From contig CAVYKI010000012.1 in assembly GCA_963769025.1 (NCBI GenBank), forward strand, positions 1-64,000: a stretch of DNA of 64,000 nucleotides. The letters are read 5' to 3'. The notes beneath the pieces are model-generated. The model made no database searches. It had not been told where the DNA came from and worked only from the letters and a program-made list of their open reading frames with translations. The first letter of the stretch is position 1. Each line of letters starts with the position of its first letter. The translations under genes were made by a program, and so were the position numbers. This DNA is from an uncultured Verrucomicrobiae bacterium (lineage in GTDB: Bacteria; Verrucomicrobiota; Verrucomicrobiia; Chthoniobacterales; Chthoniobacteraceae). Positions 1 through 10,818 of this stretch are shown in pieces.

Positions 1-755
1 TCGCCTTCCATGAGCTCGACGCCGAAGCCCGCGCCCGGGCCCTTTTCGTCGCGCAGCTTCCGGCTGTATTCCTTGATATGAAGATTGATGACGTGCTTTT
101 TCCCAAGCGTGCGGACCCAGTGCTCGGGCCAGCCGAAGGTGACGCAGTTGCCGACATCGAAATGCCAGCCGACCCACGGGCTGTTGATCTCCTCGAGGAA
201 GCGCTTTGCGGCGACGGGCTCGTTGATGAAACGGTTCCACACATTCTCCACCGCGATGGCGCATTTGCTTTTCTCCGCGGTCTCGATGCAGCGCCTGATG
301 CCCTCGATGGAGTCACCCAGCACTGCTCGTAGGTCACGTCCTTCTCGACGGTGCCAGGGACGAGCAGCACGCGGTCGCAGCCGATTTCGCCGCCCTGCTT
401 GAGCGCGAAGTTGAGCCCGTTCACGGTGCGCTCGCGCTTCGCCGGATCGGGTGAACTGAGCGGATTGCTCCAGTGCGGCGTGCAGATGATGCCCGCGACT
501 GCGAGTCCGCTCGCGGCTTTGGCCTCGATGATCTGATCGGTCGTGAGTTCGCCCGGGAGGTTCAGCTCGATGCCGTCGAAGCCCGCATCGCGGATCGCCT
601 TAAACTTGTCATTCTACGCTGCCCTTCACGCCGCCGGCCATGCCGAGGTTCACGGCCTTCTTCAGATGCGGGCGTTTCTTCGCTTCCTGCGCGCGGGAAA
701 AGACGGCGCTGGCTGCGAATGCGGTGGTGGTGGCGAGGAACGTGCGGCGGTTCAT
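1..755 (-). CDS. Tat-exported sugar phosphate isomerase/epimerase (xylose-isomerase-like TIM barrel); frameshifted, 3' end outside window
   Basis: N-terminus MNRRTFLATTTAFAAS is a twin-arginine signal. Joined frames give AGFDGIEL, AVENVWN, HFDVGN and HIKEYS, typical of the AP_endonuc_2 family. ATG overlaps the upstream gene's stop (ATGA). Confidence 0.75.
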
Positions 756-3194
756 GGTTGGGCGGTTTGTTTCGGGGGGGTGGAGGAGAGGGCCTTTGCG
801 GTGGCGTCGGGCGGCAGCGCGAGCAGGCGCTTGGATTCGGTGAGCAGCCACTTCGCCTGCGTGAACGGCTGGAAGGAAATGTCCTGCCAGCGGACGAGGC
901 CGTTCGCATCGATGAGGAACGTGCCGTGGAGCGGCATCGCCTCGAAGTCGTCGAAGGCGCGGAAAGCCTTGAAGGTCGCGAAGCGATTCGTCCGCGAGGA
1001 TCGGGAATGGGAACCCCGCGTCCTCCTTCGCGAGCGTGTACGTCTTGTGCAGCTCCTCGGACCGCTCGGTGCCGATGGCGATGAGGTCGATGCCCGCGTC
1101 GGCGAATTCCTTCGCGACCGGGCCGAACGTGTTCAGCTGCTCGATGCAGTGCGAGCAGCCGCTGCCGAGGTAAAAGAGCACGACGACCGGGCGGCCCTTG
1201 AACTCGCTGAGGAGCCGCGTCTCGCCGGTGTGATCGGGAAGGCTCCAGTCCGGCGCGGGGTATGGATGCCAGCGGAACGGCCCGAGGCTCGCGAGGTCCG
1301 GGCGCTTCCCGCTGTCCGCGGGAAAATCGAGCTTCGGCCGCCAGTCGGCGGCGAGCTTGAGCTCATCAGCGACGGGACGCAGGCGCGTGAAGGCCGCCTG
1401 ATCGACTCGCCTGCGCGCAGAGCGGGCGGAGCTTGTTGAACGTGTCAATCGCCTCCTTGCTGCCCGCACGCCACAGGATGTCGGTCAGATTCGCGAGCGG
1501 GAGCACCTGGCCCTCGCCGTCCTTCGCGGCGTCGCGCGCGAGCTGGCAGGGCCTTGGCACTGTCACCGGCCAGTTCGTTCAGGCGCGAAAGACGGACCTT
1601 CTGCGGAATGGTGACGCCGGCGATCTGCTTGCGCGCGTCTTCGGTGCGGCCTTCGGCGAGCGCACGGTAAAGTTCGAGTTCGGCGATGGCCTTCTCCATG
1701 GGCGCCATCTTGGGCACGAAGGACGCCTGCGCGTCGGCGATCGCCTTTGCAATTTCGGCAACCGGCTTTTTCGCCTTCGTCGCAGCAGCCTCGGCCTCCG
1801 CGCCCTTGGCGGTGCGCTCCTGCCGGATCTTCGCGAGCAATCCGCGGATCGCCCCGACCTTCGCCATGCCGCGCGCCTTGTCGTCCTTTTGAAACGCGGC
1901 GATGCCCATTGCGACGAGACGCTTCGTCTCCTCCGTGGCGTCCTCATTCACGGGAAGGGACGCGCCACCGTCGAGTGCGAGCAGATCGTCCCACCGCTCC
2001 CATGCGAGCAGCGCATCGAGGAGGCGCCGCTGGCCCATCACGAATCCGCCGCGTTCCGCCACGTAGCCGGGCTTGCCGACGAGCTTGTGCCCCGTCGCGA
2101 GGCGTGGGAGCTCGATCATGTTTTTGGCCAGATCGATCGCCTCCTGAACGCGGCCGACGTAGGTGAGGTTTTTGACCAGCCAATCGTTGTTGTGGGCGTA
2201 GTTGTGGATCTGCTCCGGCATGATGCGCGCCGCCGCCATGTAGGCGTGATCAACGCGCGCGGAAGCTTCCTGCTGCCAGGTGGCGTCCGGGTAGCGGTGG
2301 AGATTGGAAAGGTATGCCCCGACATGTGCCACATGTGGGCGATGGCCGGCGCCGATTGCCCGCAGCGCGGCGCCGCAGCGGTAGCGCGCGCTTGTCTCCG
2401 TCCGCTTATTCCAGAGATGGATGAGGTAGTGGTGCGACGGGGTGCATCGGGTTCTTCGCGAGGACCTTGCTGGGCGAGCGCGTCGAGGCCGCGTGGCTGG
2501 GCAGCGGGATTCGCTTCTGGCTGTTGTCCCACACGTGAAAGATGAGGAACGCCTTCGCCTCGATGTCGTCCGGAAACTCGAATACGATCTTCTCCAGCGC
2601 CTTCACCAGCGCGGTGCGACGCGCCTTGTTTGCGGGGTCGTCCTTCTTCGCGGGTTCGGCCTGCTTCGCCGGTTCAGGCTGCTTCGCGGCGGCATCTTTC
2701 CCGACAGGCTCCGGCTTCTTCGCGGGCTCATCCTTTTTCGCCGCGGTGTGCCACGCGCTGTAAGCGTCGATGTAAAGGCGTTCGCGCGGGCTTCCCTTTT
2801 CACGGCGCGTGACGGCCTGCCTGATGAACTCCGCCGCGCGCTTCGCGTTGTTGACGTTGGCCATCGCCATTCCCCAGTAGGGCATCGGCGCGGTGTCATC
2901 GAGTTTCGCCGCCTGGCGGAACGAGCGCTCCGCCTCGTCGTACCAAAACCCGTGGAGCTGCGCGACGCCCTGGTCGAAAAATTTCTGCGCGTCGCCGCTC
3001 TGCGTCGTGATCGGAAAGCGGATCGCGCCCATCCCGCCCAGCAATACGGCGGCCTGCCTCGGGCCTTCGTCAAATGCATCGCCATGCGTGGAATGCCCGG
3101 CCACGGGCGTGCCGCCGGGGAGCACAGGCACGTCATCGGCAGACGCGAGCACGGGACAAAGGACGGCGGCGAGGAGGAGGGTGCGGGGCGACAT
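752..3194 (-). CDS. Exported TPR + redoxin (AhpC/TSA-like) domain protein; frameshifted
   Basis: Joins ORFs 2406-3272, 1445-2332, 609-1469 and 752-937. Signal peptide MSPRTLLLAAVL; TPR segment QKFFDQGVAQLHGFWYDEAERSF; C-terminal thioredoxin fold FYLGSGCSHCIEQL...HGTFLIDANGLVRW. Confidence 0.75.
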
Positions 3195-3281
3195 CGGCAG
3201 GGAGGAAAACCCGCCTGCAGGCCCATTACAAGGGGGTGAATTCCTGAGCGCTGCAAATCGCCGCACTTTCACGCGACGCGC

Positions 3282-5295
3282 TCAGTTGCCGGAAGCCTCG
3301 GGGAGCGGGAGGATGACGCGGACGACGCCGGGGCCTTTGTCGGGATGGGGGATCTCGATCACGCCGCGGTGGCTCTCGATGATCTTGCGGGAGACCGTGA
3401 GGCCGAGACCGAGGCCGACGCTGCGCGTGCTGTGGAAAGGTTCGCCGATCCTGTCGGCCACTTCGTGCGGGAAACCCGGGCCGGTGTCCTGAAACTCAAC
3501 GGCAATCCCAGGCCTGCCGGAGCTCGGGGCCTCCGCGAAGCGGATGGTGATGAGCGGATTCTCCGGGTTGGCCTGGAGGGCGTTGAGAAGCAGTTCGGAA
3601 AACGCGTGACGGAGGGCCTTGGTGTCGCCGGAAATTTTCCACGCGGCCTTGCTCATGTTCAGCGCGCTTTTCTGCTTCGAAGGCTGGTAGCTGCTGGCGT
3701 CCTGGTAGGCGCCCTCGATGAGGTCGGTGAGTTTCACCGCGTCGCCGGGCTTTCCGTCCCACTCGCGGCTGAGGAAGGTCATCTGCTGGGTGAGGCGGGT
3801 GATGCGGCGGACGCTGCTGGCGAGCACGCCGCTGAGTTCCTTGCGGACCTCGGCATCGTCGCCCTCGATCTCGAGCAGCTGCTGCATCGTGGAGACGGGC
3901 GTGACGGCGTTGCCGATTTCGTGCGCGAGGTGCCACGCCATCTGCCGGACGAGGCGCAGCTTGCCGGCCTCGATTTCCAGAAGGACGGCGCGCTCGTGCT
4001 CGGTGATGTCGTCGAGGACGAGGAGCGCGGCGTTGGGACGCTGGCTGTTGCCGACGGTGAACGGGAGGATGGTGACGCGGCACGCCAAGTCACTGCGCGA
4101 GGGCGGGACCCATTTGAAAGGCGGCGCGGCCCTGCCGTTCTGGATGACCTGGAAAATGAGGCTGCCGATCTGCTGCGGGATTTCCGCGAAATCGATCTGC
4201 CGCGCGGTGGCGCGCTCGGGGATGAGGAGGCGGAGCGCGACGGGGTTGGCATGGAGCACCCCGCAGTTCGCGCCCACGACGATGCAGCCATTGCCGAGGC
4301 CCGCGAGGATGTCGTCGACGAGGCCGTGGGTGGCGGCGAGCTGTTCGTGGCGACGGCAGTTGCGGATGGCGACGCCGAGTTCCTCGAGCCAGTGGAAAAG
4401 CTGGGCGAGTTCCTCGTCGGAGAAGACGCCGCCGGTGATGCGCTCGTCGAGCAGCAGCACGCCGACGAGGCCTTCGCGGTCATTGATGGGGAGCGCCACG
4501 GCGCTGCTGAGCGTCTGGAATTCGCGGCTGATTCTCGCGATTTGCCCGGACCTCGGCGCTGTCGGCGCGGAGGATGCGGCCGTGCTGCGCGAGATGCCGG
4601 CCCATTCCGGTCGAGAGGCTCAGTGGGAAATGTTCGACGAGGGCAGGGTCGTGGCCGGTCATGTGCGCGGGGCGCAGCCAGTGGTCATCGGAGGAGGGCG
4701 CGCCGTCCGTCGGCAGCGCGCTGGGCTTGCGCAGGAAAATGACGACGCGGTTCACGCAGAGCGCTTCGCGAAGCTGCTGGACGGCGTCGGAAAGGAGTTC
4801 GCGGACATCGAGGCTGTGGACGAGGAGGGAGGAGAAACGGCGCAGTTCATCGAGCCCGCGGCGCGGCGCGTAAACCGGGGCCGGCATCACCGGCAGCGCG
4901 CCGGATCCGGCGGGCGCGGCTTCGCCGGATGGCGGCGTCCCGTCGAGCGCCTTCCCGAGGAGATAGACGAGGAGTCGGGCGCGCACGGGTTTCTCGAGCA
5001 CATGCGCCGTGCCGAGAAGGTACGCCTCTTCCTCCCATCCCCGGGGGCCGTGCCCGGCGAAAACGATGAGGGGGCAGTCCGGGTCGAATGCGCGGACTTC
5101 CACGATCGCACGGGTGGCGACGCCATCCGGGTGCTCGAGATCGAGGATGATGGCGTCCACCGCGCCGCGCCCGAGGAGCGAGGCCGCACTGGCCGGGTCT
5201 TCCTTTGCGATGACGCGGTAAACCCCGGGATCGAGCGAGGCCTCGATGACTGCGGCGAAGGGCGCCTGGCGGGTGATGACGAGAAGGGTGTGCAT
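3282..5295 (-). CDS. Hybrid sensor histidine kinase (REC-GAF-PAS-HisKA-HATPase); frameshift near 4490-4530
   Basis: Receiver domain (AIILDLE...VLEKP), GAF-like region, H-box LAHEIGN, N-box LLNALQA, G1 DTGPG, G2 GLGLGL. Confidence 0.85.
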
Positions 5296-5296
5296 T

Positions 5297-7468
5297 TCAG
5301 ACGTGGACCGTTTCGACGCCCGCAGCCTGCGGGAGCTTGGGCGTGGACTGGAAATTCGGGAGGTCGAGGTTCACGATGGTTCCCTTTCCGACCTCGCTGG
5401 AAACGACGAGGCTGCCGCCGTGGAGGGACGCGATCTTCCTGCAGATCGCGAGGCCAAGGCCGAAACCGCGGTTGTCGTCACCGGTTTTTTTGGTCGTGAA
5501 GTAGGGCTGGAAAACGCGCTGCAGATTTTCCGGGGCGATGCCGGAGCCGTGGTCAGTCACGCGGACGCGAAACCAGTCGCGCTCGGCGTCGGTTTTCAAC
5601 AGGCGGATGACGTCGATCTCGATCCGCCCGGGCGATTCGGACGCATCCACGGCGTTGGAGATGACATTGCTGAGCAGCCGCCCGATGAGGACGCGATCCA
5701 TCTCGAGCACGATATCGCCGGACAGGCGGACCGAGTATTCGATGTCCTTGCCCTTGCGCTTGTTTTGCCGGGCGATCTGGACGACTTCCTGCACGAGCAC
5801 ATCGAGGCGGCCGGTCTGGAAATCGGGTCGGAGATTTTCCGAAAAGAAAAGGGCCTCGCGGATGTATTCGCGCATCGTCTGGATGTTGCGCATGGCCACC
5901 GGGGCGAGGTCGGAACGCAGGGTGTCGGCCGGGACTCCTTCGCTGAGGAGCTGGAGCAAAGTCCACACGGGTGTGGTGAGGTTGTTGAGGTCGTGTGCCA
6001 TCCCCTGCGACATGCGTCCGAGTAGGTCGAGTTCTTTGGATTGAAGGAGCTGGTTTTTAAGAGAAATCTGATTGATTACAAGAGCTATATTTGTCGTAAG
6101 CTCACAAAGAAGCTGGATATCGGTTTGAGTGAACGACCGACCGCCGGCTTTGTCTTCGATGACGAGAAATCCCAACGGCTGCTGATCCACGAAAAATGGG
6201 AAGGCAAGGATGCCCGGGATCTCCTTGAGTTCAGCCCGGGCGGCAATTTCGAGCGGGTCTTTATTTTGGATGTAGCCCGACCCGAGCGCGAGGTAGCCAC
6301 TTGCGGATGCCGAAAATGCGCGGAATACCGCCGAGTCGCTGCCTAATTCCGGGATCTGCCTCGGGATATCCGGCGGATGCGCCCGGGCGACTGCGAAGGC
6401 CCGGTTCGTCTCATCCCGGAGAACAACCGCATAGCCGCGAACATTGAGCGTGTTCAGGAGAACGGTGTGGAGGTCCGCGAGCAGGGCATCGAGTTCCGTA
6501 TGCCACCTGCAGCGCTCGATAAAGGCGCGGACCTTGTCCTGATACTCGAAGTGGTCGCCGAGGAGGCGGCGCTCGAGGGATTCCGATCCCGCTCCGAGCA
6601 GTTTCGGCATGTAGCGCGACGCCACGAATCCGCTCGCGAGCAACATCGCGAGCGATGCCCAAAAAGCAGCGGGGCTGATCGCATTTGCCGGTGCCAGGAG
6701 CGAAATGACTAGCATGAAGACAAACCCAATCAGGAAGAGAAACGCCATGCGCATCGCATGGGCTGCGAACCGGGTGAGACCGACGTGGATGTCCAGCAAT
6801 TGGTGCTGCAACACGCTGTAGCCGACGAGGATGCCGTAGAAAATCGCGCACAGGCTGCCGATGGGGAAAATCGGGATGTGCACCACGGGATATGAATAGA
6901 CGCCGAGAATCGGCAGGATGTCGTTGTTGCCGCCGGCGATGAGGATACCCGTGGCCCAGAGCAGCGAGCGGATCTGCCCGTGGCGAAAGCGCGTGGCCTT
7001 CGCTTTCGCACGCCAGAGGAAAATGAGGGTCGAGACGGTGAGGACCAGATACATCGCCGCGTAAATCCAGAACGCGACCCCTCCGACGCTGTACCACGCG
7101 TAACCGGCGTCCCGGACATCGGCGACGAAGAACCGCGTGAAAACCGTGCCAGTCAGCAGCAAGCCGGCGGCGTAGGACAGGAGCACGAGCCGCTTGCGCT
7201 GGATGTTGCAAATCTCAAGGCAGAGGTGAAACAGGCTGATCGGGAGGAAAATGACGCCGATTTGGAGAAACCGAGCCCATCCGAGCGCGTCTTCGTGGGT
7301 GTGGGTCCGGAACATCTGGAAGGTGCCAAAGTTCCAGATCGCGATGGCGAGTCCCCAGACGAGGTAGGCGACCCGAGTGGAAGCCTGGACTCCCGCGCGC
7401 AGGACAAAAAATGCGAGGAGCGCGTTCAGCAGCGCTGCGGCGAGCGGCACGTACGCTGCGAAACTCAT
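5297..7468 (-). CDS. Membrane sensor histidine kinase with N-terminal multi-TM (7TM-type) input, GAF, HisKA and HATPase domains
   Basis: About 8 hydrophobic segments, GAF (PLGFLVIEDK...FTQTDIQLL), H-box MAHDLNN, NAVDA, DHGSG, GFGLGL. Confidence 0.88.
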   Translation of the reverse strand: MSFAAYVPLAAALLNALLAFFVLRAGVQASTRVAYLVWGLAIAIWNFGTFQMFRTHTHEDALGWARFLQIGVIFLPISLFHLCLEICNIQRKRLVLLSYAAGLLLTGTVFTRFFVADVRDAGYAWYSVGGVAFWIYAAMYLVLTVSTLIFLWRAKAKATRFRHGQIRSLLWATGILIAGGNNDILPILGVYSYPVVHIPIFPIGSLCAIFYGILVGYSVLQHQLLDIHVGLTRFAAHAMRMAFLFLIGFVFMLVISLLAPANAISPAAFWASLAMLLASGFVASRYMPKLLGAGSESLERRLLGDHFEYQDKVRAFIERCRWHTELDALLADLHTVLLNTLNVRGYAVVLRDETNRAFAVARAHPPDIPRQIPELGSDSAVFRAFSASASGYLALGSGYIQNKDPLEIAARAELKEIPGILAFPFFVDQQPLGFLVIEDKAGGRSFTQTDIQLLCELTTNIALVINQISLKNQLLQSKELDLLGRMSQGMAHDLNNLTTPVWTLLQLLSEGVPADTLRSDLAPVAMRNIQTMREYIREALFFSENLRPDFQTGRLDVLVQEVVQIARQNKRKGKDIEYSVRLSGDIVLEMDRVLIGRLLSNVISNAVDASESPGRIEIDVIRLLKTDAERDWFRVRVTDHGSGIAPENLQRVFQPYFTTKKTGDDNRGFGLGLAICRKIASLHGGSLVVSSEVGKGTIVNLDLPNFQSTPKLPQAAGVETVHV

Positions 7469-8728
7469 GAGCCGCCCAGATAGCGTTTCATCACCAGACA
7501 GGAATTCTTTCCGCCAAAGCCGGAACTCAAATTCAACGCGGCCTGAATCGGATAAGGTCGCGATTCGCCGATAACCAAATCCAGACCGCAGTCGGCCTCG
7601 GGCACGAGCAGATTGGTGGTCTTCGGGATCATCTGATGATGAATCGCGAGCGCCGTCACGACACTCTCCAGCGCGCCGGCCGCCGCGAGCAGATGCCCCG
7701 TCACGCCCTTGGTGGAACTGACGGCGAGACGTTTCGTGTGGGCTGCGAAATGGGTCCGGATCGCGAGGAGTTCCACCGTGTCGTTCGCAGCCGTCGCGGT
7801 GCCGTGGGCATTGATGTAATTCACTTCCGACGACGGAATCCCGGCATCGTTGAGCGATTTTTCGATCGCCCGGCGCATCCCGATGCCTTCCGGATGCGGT
7901 GCGACGGAGTGGTACGCTTCACACGCACGCCCATGCCCGCCCACCTCCGCATAGATGCGCGCGCCGCGCGACATCGCGTGCGAGAGTTCCTCGAGCACGA
8001 GAAATGCCGCGCCCTCGCCGAGCACAAAGCCATTCCGCGCCACATCGAAAGGGCGCATGGCGGTGGCTGGCGTGTCGTTGCTCGTGGACATCACTTTCAT
8101 GAGGCAAAACGCCCCCCAAAGCGGTGCGAGGATCGGTGCCTCGGCACCCCCGGCGACCATCACGTCCACCTCATCGTCCCGGATCATTCGCACCGCGTAA
8201 CCCATCACGTCGTTCCCCGACGCGCTGCCCGAACTGTAACTCGCGGCGTGCCCCCGGATGCCCAATTCCAGGGCGATCTCCCCCGCACCGCCCCCGGTGT
8301 ACGCATTGATGAGCGTAAACGGGCTCATGCCGCGATAGCCGCGCGTTTCGAATGCGGTCTGCCCTTTGAACGACGACTCCATGCCGGAGACCGAGGTTCC
8401 CTCGATGATCCCGATGCGCTCCGGGTTGCGGCTCACCACGTCTCCGCGCGCGTCATTCAGCGCAAGCCTGGCGGCAGCAAGGCCATACTGGATGGAAAGG
8501 TCGAAGCGACGCGCCTTTTTCGGATCCGTATATTTTCCGAGATCAAAGTCGCGCACCTCCCCCGCCACGCGGCTCGGGAGATGGGCTGCATCGAATCGCG
8601 TCAGCGGTGCCGGTCGCGCTCCGTCCGTCGCGGATGCTCTCCCAAAATGTCACCAGGTCTTTCCCGTTCGGGGCGATGACTCCCATGCCGGTCACCACCA
8701 CCCGGCGGCGGGGTTCGCCCGAGCTCAA
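7465..8728 (-). CDS. FabF-like beta-ketoacyl-ACP synthase family protein with active-site Cys replaced by Ser; frameshift near 8580-8620
   Basis: RRVVVTGMG start, RPFD..RNGFVLGEGA, INAHGTAT..ND, STKGVTGHLL, SGFGG. The nucleophile position reads SSGSASG (codon AGC at 8224-8226). Confidence 0.85.
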
Positions 8729-9300
8729 GACGTCCTCCTTCCGAAAGGCAGGATCGCGGGGGTGCGCTGGATATATTTCGAGTAGGCCTCGCCGAATTTC
8801 TCAATCAGCGCGCGCTCCTCGATCCGCACCCGGGTGATCATTGTCGGCACAAAAATCGCGAAGACGACCGCGAGCGCGATCCACGCATTCAGGATGAGCC
8901 CGATGCCGAGCAGTTCGAGGATCATCGAGAAATAAACGGGATGCCGCGCGTAGGCGAAAGGTCCGCTGGTCACGAACTCATGCCCCTCGCGCATCTCGAC
9001 GTGCAGGCTCCAGAATTTCCCCAACGCCCGGATCGCCGCGCGGCGGATCGCGAAAGACGCGAGCGAACAGACCAAGCCGATCACAAACGTGGGCCACCAC
9101 AGCACGGAATGCCGGAGCAGGAATTCCGCGATTCCGCCGATCACGATCAGAATCCCGCAGAGCATGAACAGGCGGAAGGTGAGATTCTCAGTCTTCTTTC
9201 CGGAGACCACATCGCGCTTGGTGAACACCTCAGCCATGCGCGCGGCATAAACAATCACCACAGCGGCGAGCGGAACGAGTTGGGCGGGATCGGCAGTCAT
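8725..9300 (-). CDS. Isoprenylcysteine carboxyl methyltransferase (ICMT/Ste14) family membrane methyltransferase
   Basis: LGKFWS...HEFVTSGPFAYARHPVY...RIEERAL..FG..Y..Y motifs and several TM helices. Likely start is the ATG at 9300. Confidence 0.85.
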   Translation of the reverse strand: MTADPAQLVPLAAVVIVYAARMAEVFTKRDVVSGKKTENLTFRLFMLCGILIVIGGIAEFLLRHSVLWWPTFVIGLVCSLASFAIRRAAIRALGKFWSLHVEMREGHEFVTSGPFAYARHPVYFSMILELLGIGLILNAWIALAVVFAIFVPTMITRVRIEERALIEKFGEAYSKYIQRTPAILPFGRRTS

Positions 9301-9419
9301 TGTTGGGGAAAATGTACTTAGCTTGGAAATCCGGCACGCAGGGGCGAAATGGATTCTTCCGGTGCCTCCCTCACGACTCACCACCCTCACCGGACGGAGG
9401 CAGGACAGCCGCGGTGAGG

Positions 9420-9758
9420 TCAGCCGGGCGGCCATGCGAGCGCCCTGCCGGCGAGCAGATGAAGGTGGAGGTGCGGGACACTTTCCCCGGCGTCGCGGCC
9501 GTTGTTGATGACGACGCGATATCCGCTTTCGAGCACGCCCAGTTTCGCGGCGATCTCACGGGTCGCCAGCAGCATGGCCCCGAGCAATTCGGCGTGCTCA
9601 GGAGCCGCGTCCGCGAGGCGTGGGATGCATTTTCGCGGCACGATGAGGACATGGACGGGAGCTTGCGCGTGAATGTCGTGAAAAGCGATAAACTTATCAG
9701 CCTCATGCACGATTTTCGCCGGGATTTCGCCGGCGGCGATCTTCTCAAAGATGGTCAT
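9420..9758 (-). CDS. HIT family (histidine triad) nucleotide-binding protein
   Basis: TIFEKIAAGEIPA, QAPVHVL, HLHLHLL triad, C-terminal WPPG. Confidence 0.95.
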   Translation of the reverse strand: MTIFEKIAAGEIPAKIVHEADKFIAFHDIHAQAPVHVLIVPRKCIPRLADAAPEHAELLGAMLLATREIAAKLGVLESGYRVVINNGRDAGESVPHLHLHLLAGRALAWPPG

Positions 9759-10333
9759 GTGACGTGGAGGAAAAGCTCGCGGGCTGAGTGCGTTCGTGAC
9801 CCGCCGAGAGCCTGCGCCGTATGGCTCCGCGCGAAGGTGACGATCTCCGCGCGCAACTCGTCACATCCGCTGCTCCAGTTCCTGCGCTGGCGGAGCACCT
9901 TCACGCACGGCTCCAGGCTGTGCAGTTCGCAATAGCTCCCGCCCGCGGCGAAAACCTCGCGCAGCCGAGCGTCGAGCGCGGCGAAGAACGCGAGCTCGAA
10001 TCCGTTGCCCGCCTGCTGCGCGATCTCCACGAGCGAGATGCGCGCGAAAGGCGACGACGCCTCGAAATGCGCGCCGATCTCCGCGTAGCCGATCGCCTTC
10101 AGCGCCTCGCGCACGGCGCGGGTGAAGGAAGCCACGGGCATCGTCGTCCGATCTTTCAGGCACTCCATCCACGCATGCACGCTTTCCGCGACATGCGGCG
10201 CGAGCCACCAGTCCGCGTGGCCGGCCCGCTGCGCGGCGAGCGAGAGCACCCGCGTGAGCCATTCGCGGTCGAAGGCGATCGCGCGACGGTCCTGCAGCAC
10301 GATCAGCGGCAGCGCATCGCGGAAGGCGATCAT
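9755..10333 (-). CDS. Hypothetical protein coupled to nrdR
   Basis: 192-aa ORF with 4-nt start/stop overlaps on both sides. Confidence 0.7.
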   Translation of the reverse strand: MIAFRDALPLIVLQDRRAIAFDREWLTRVLSLAAQRAGHADWWLAPHVAESVHAWMECLKDRTTMPVASFTRAVREALKAIGYAEIGAHFEASSPFARISLVEIAQQAGNGFELAFFAALDARLREVFAAGGSYCELHSLEPCVKVLRQRRNWSSGCDELRAEIVTFARSHTAQALGGSRTHSARELFLHVT

Positions 10334-10818
10334 TTGAAAAGCTCCGGCTGGCCGCTGCCCTTGCGCGGCTGCTTTTCCAGCTTTTGGATCTCGTGGATGA
10401 ATTCCCCGATGTCCTGAAAGTGCCGGTACACGCTCGCATATCGGACGTAGGCGACCTCGTCGATCTCGTGCAGCGCCGACATCACCTTCGCGCCGATGAC
10501 GTGGCTCGGCACTTCCCTGCGGAATTCCATCTGCAGATCGTGCATGATCTCATCGCTGACTTTCTCCAGCGCCTCGACGCCGACCGGGCGCTTCTCGCAC
10601 GCCTTCAACATTCCGGCCAGCAGCTTCTCCTTGTCAAAGGGCTCGCTCCTTCCGTCACGCTTTGCCACGCGCAACTCCGAGCGCTCCACCTCCTCGTAAG
10701 TCGTGAACCGCTGCGCGCACTGGAGGCATTCGCGGCGACGGCGGATGCTCCGCCCGTCTTTCGAGAGACGCGAATCGATGACTTTGTCTTCCAGGCTACC
10801 GCACTTGGAGCAATACAT
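10330..10818 (-). CDS. nrdR: Transcriptional repressor NrdR
   Basis: Zn ribbon CSKC...DSR...RRRRECLQC..RFTTYE, ATP cone, and EVAYVRYASVY. Confidence 0.97.
   Translation of the reverse strand: MYCSKCGSLEDKVIDSRLSKDGRSIRRRRECLQCAQRFTTYEEVERSELRVAKRDGRSEPFDKEKLLAGMLKACEKRPVGVEALEKVSDEIMHDLQMEFRREVPSHVIGAKVMSALHEIDEVAYVRYASVYRHFQDIGEFIHEIQKLEKQPRKGSGQPELFK

Noticed and set aside
2625..2745. Repeated EPAKK-like units
   Set aside because: Low-complexity Pro/Ala/Lys linker inside the TPR-redoxin protein, not a DNA repeat array or CRISPR.
5297..7468. Naming the kinase prsK
   Set aside because: Domain order is similar, but there is no adjacent prsR/prsT or exosortase, so orthology cannot be shown without an HMM search.
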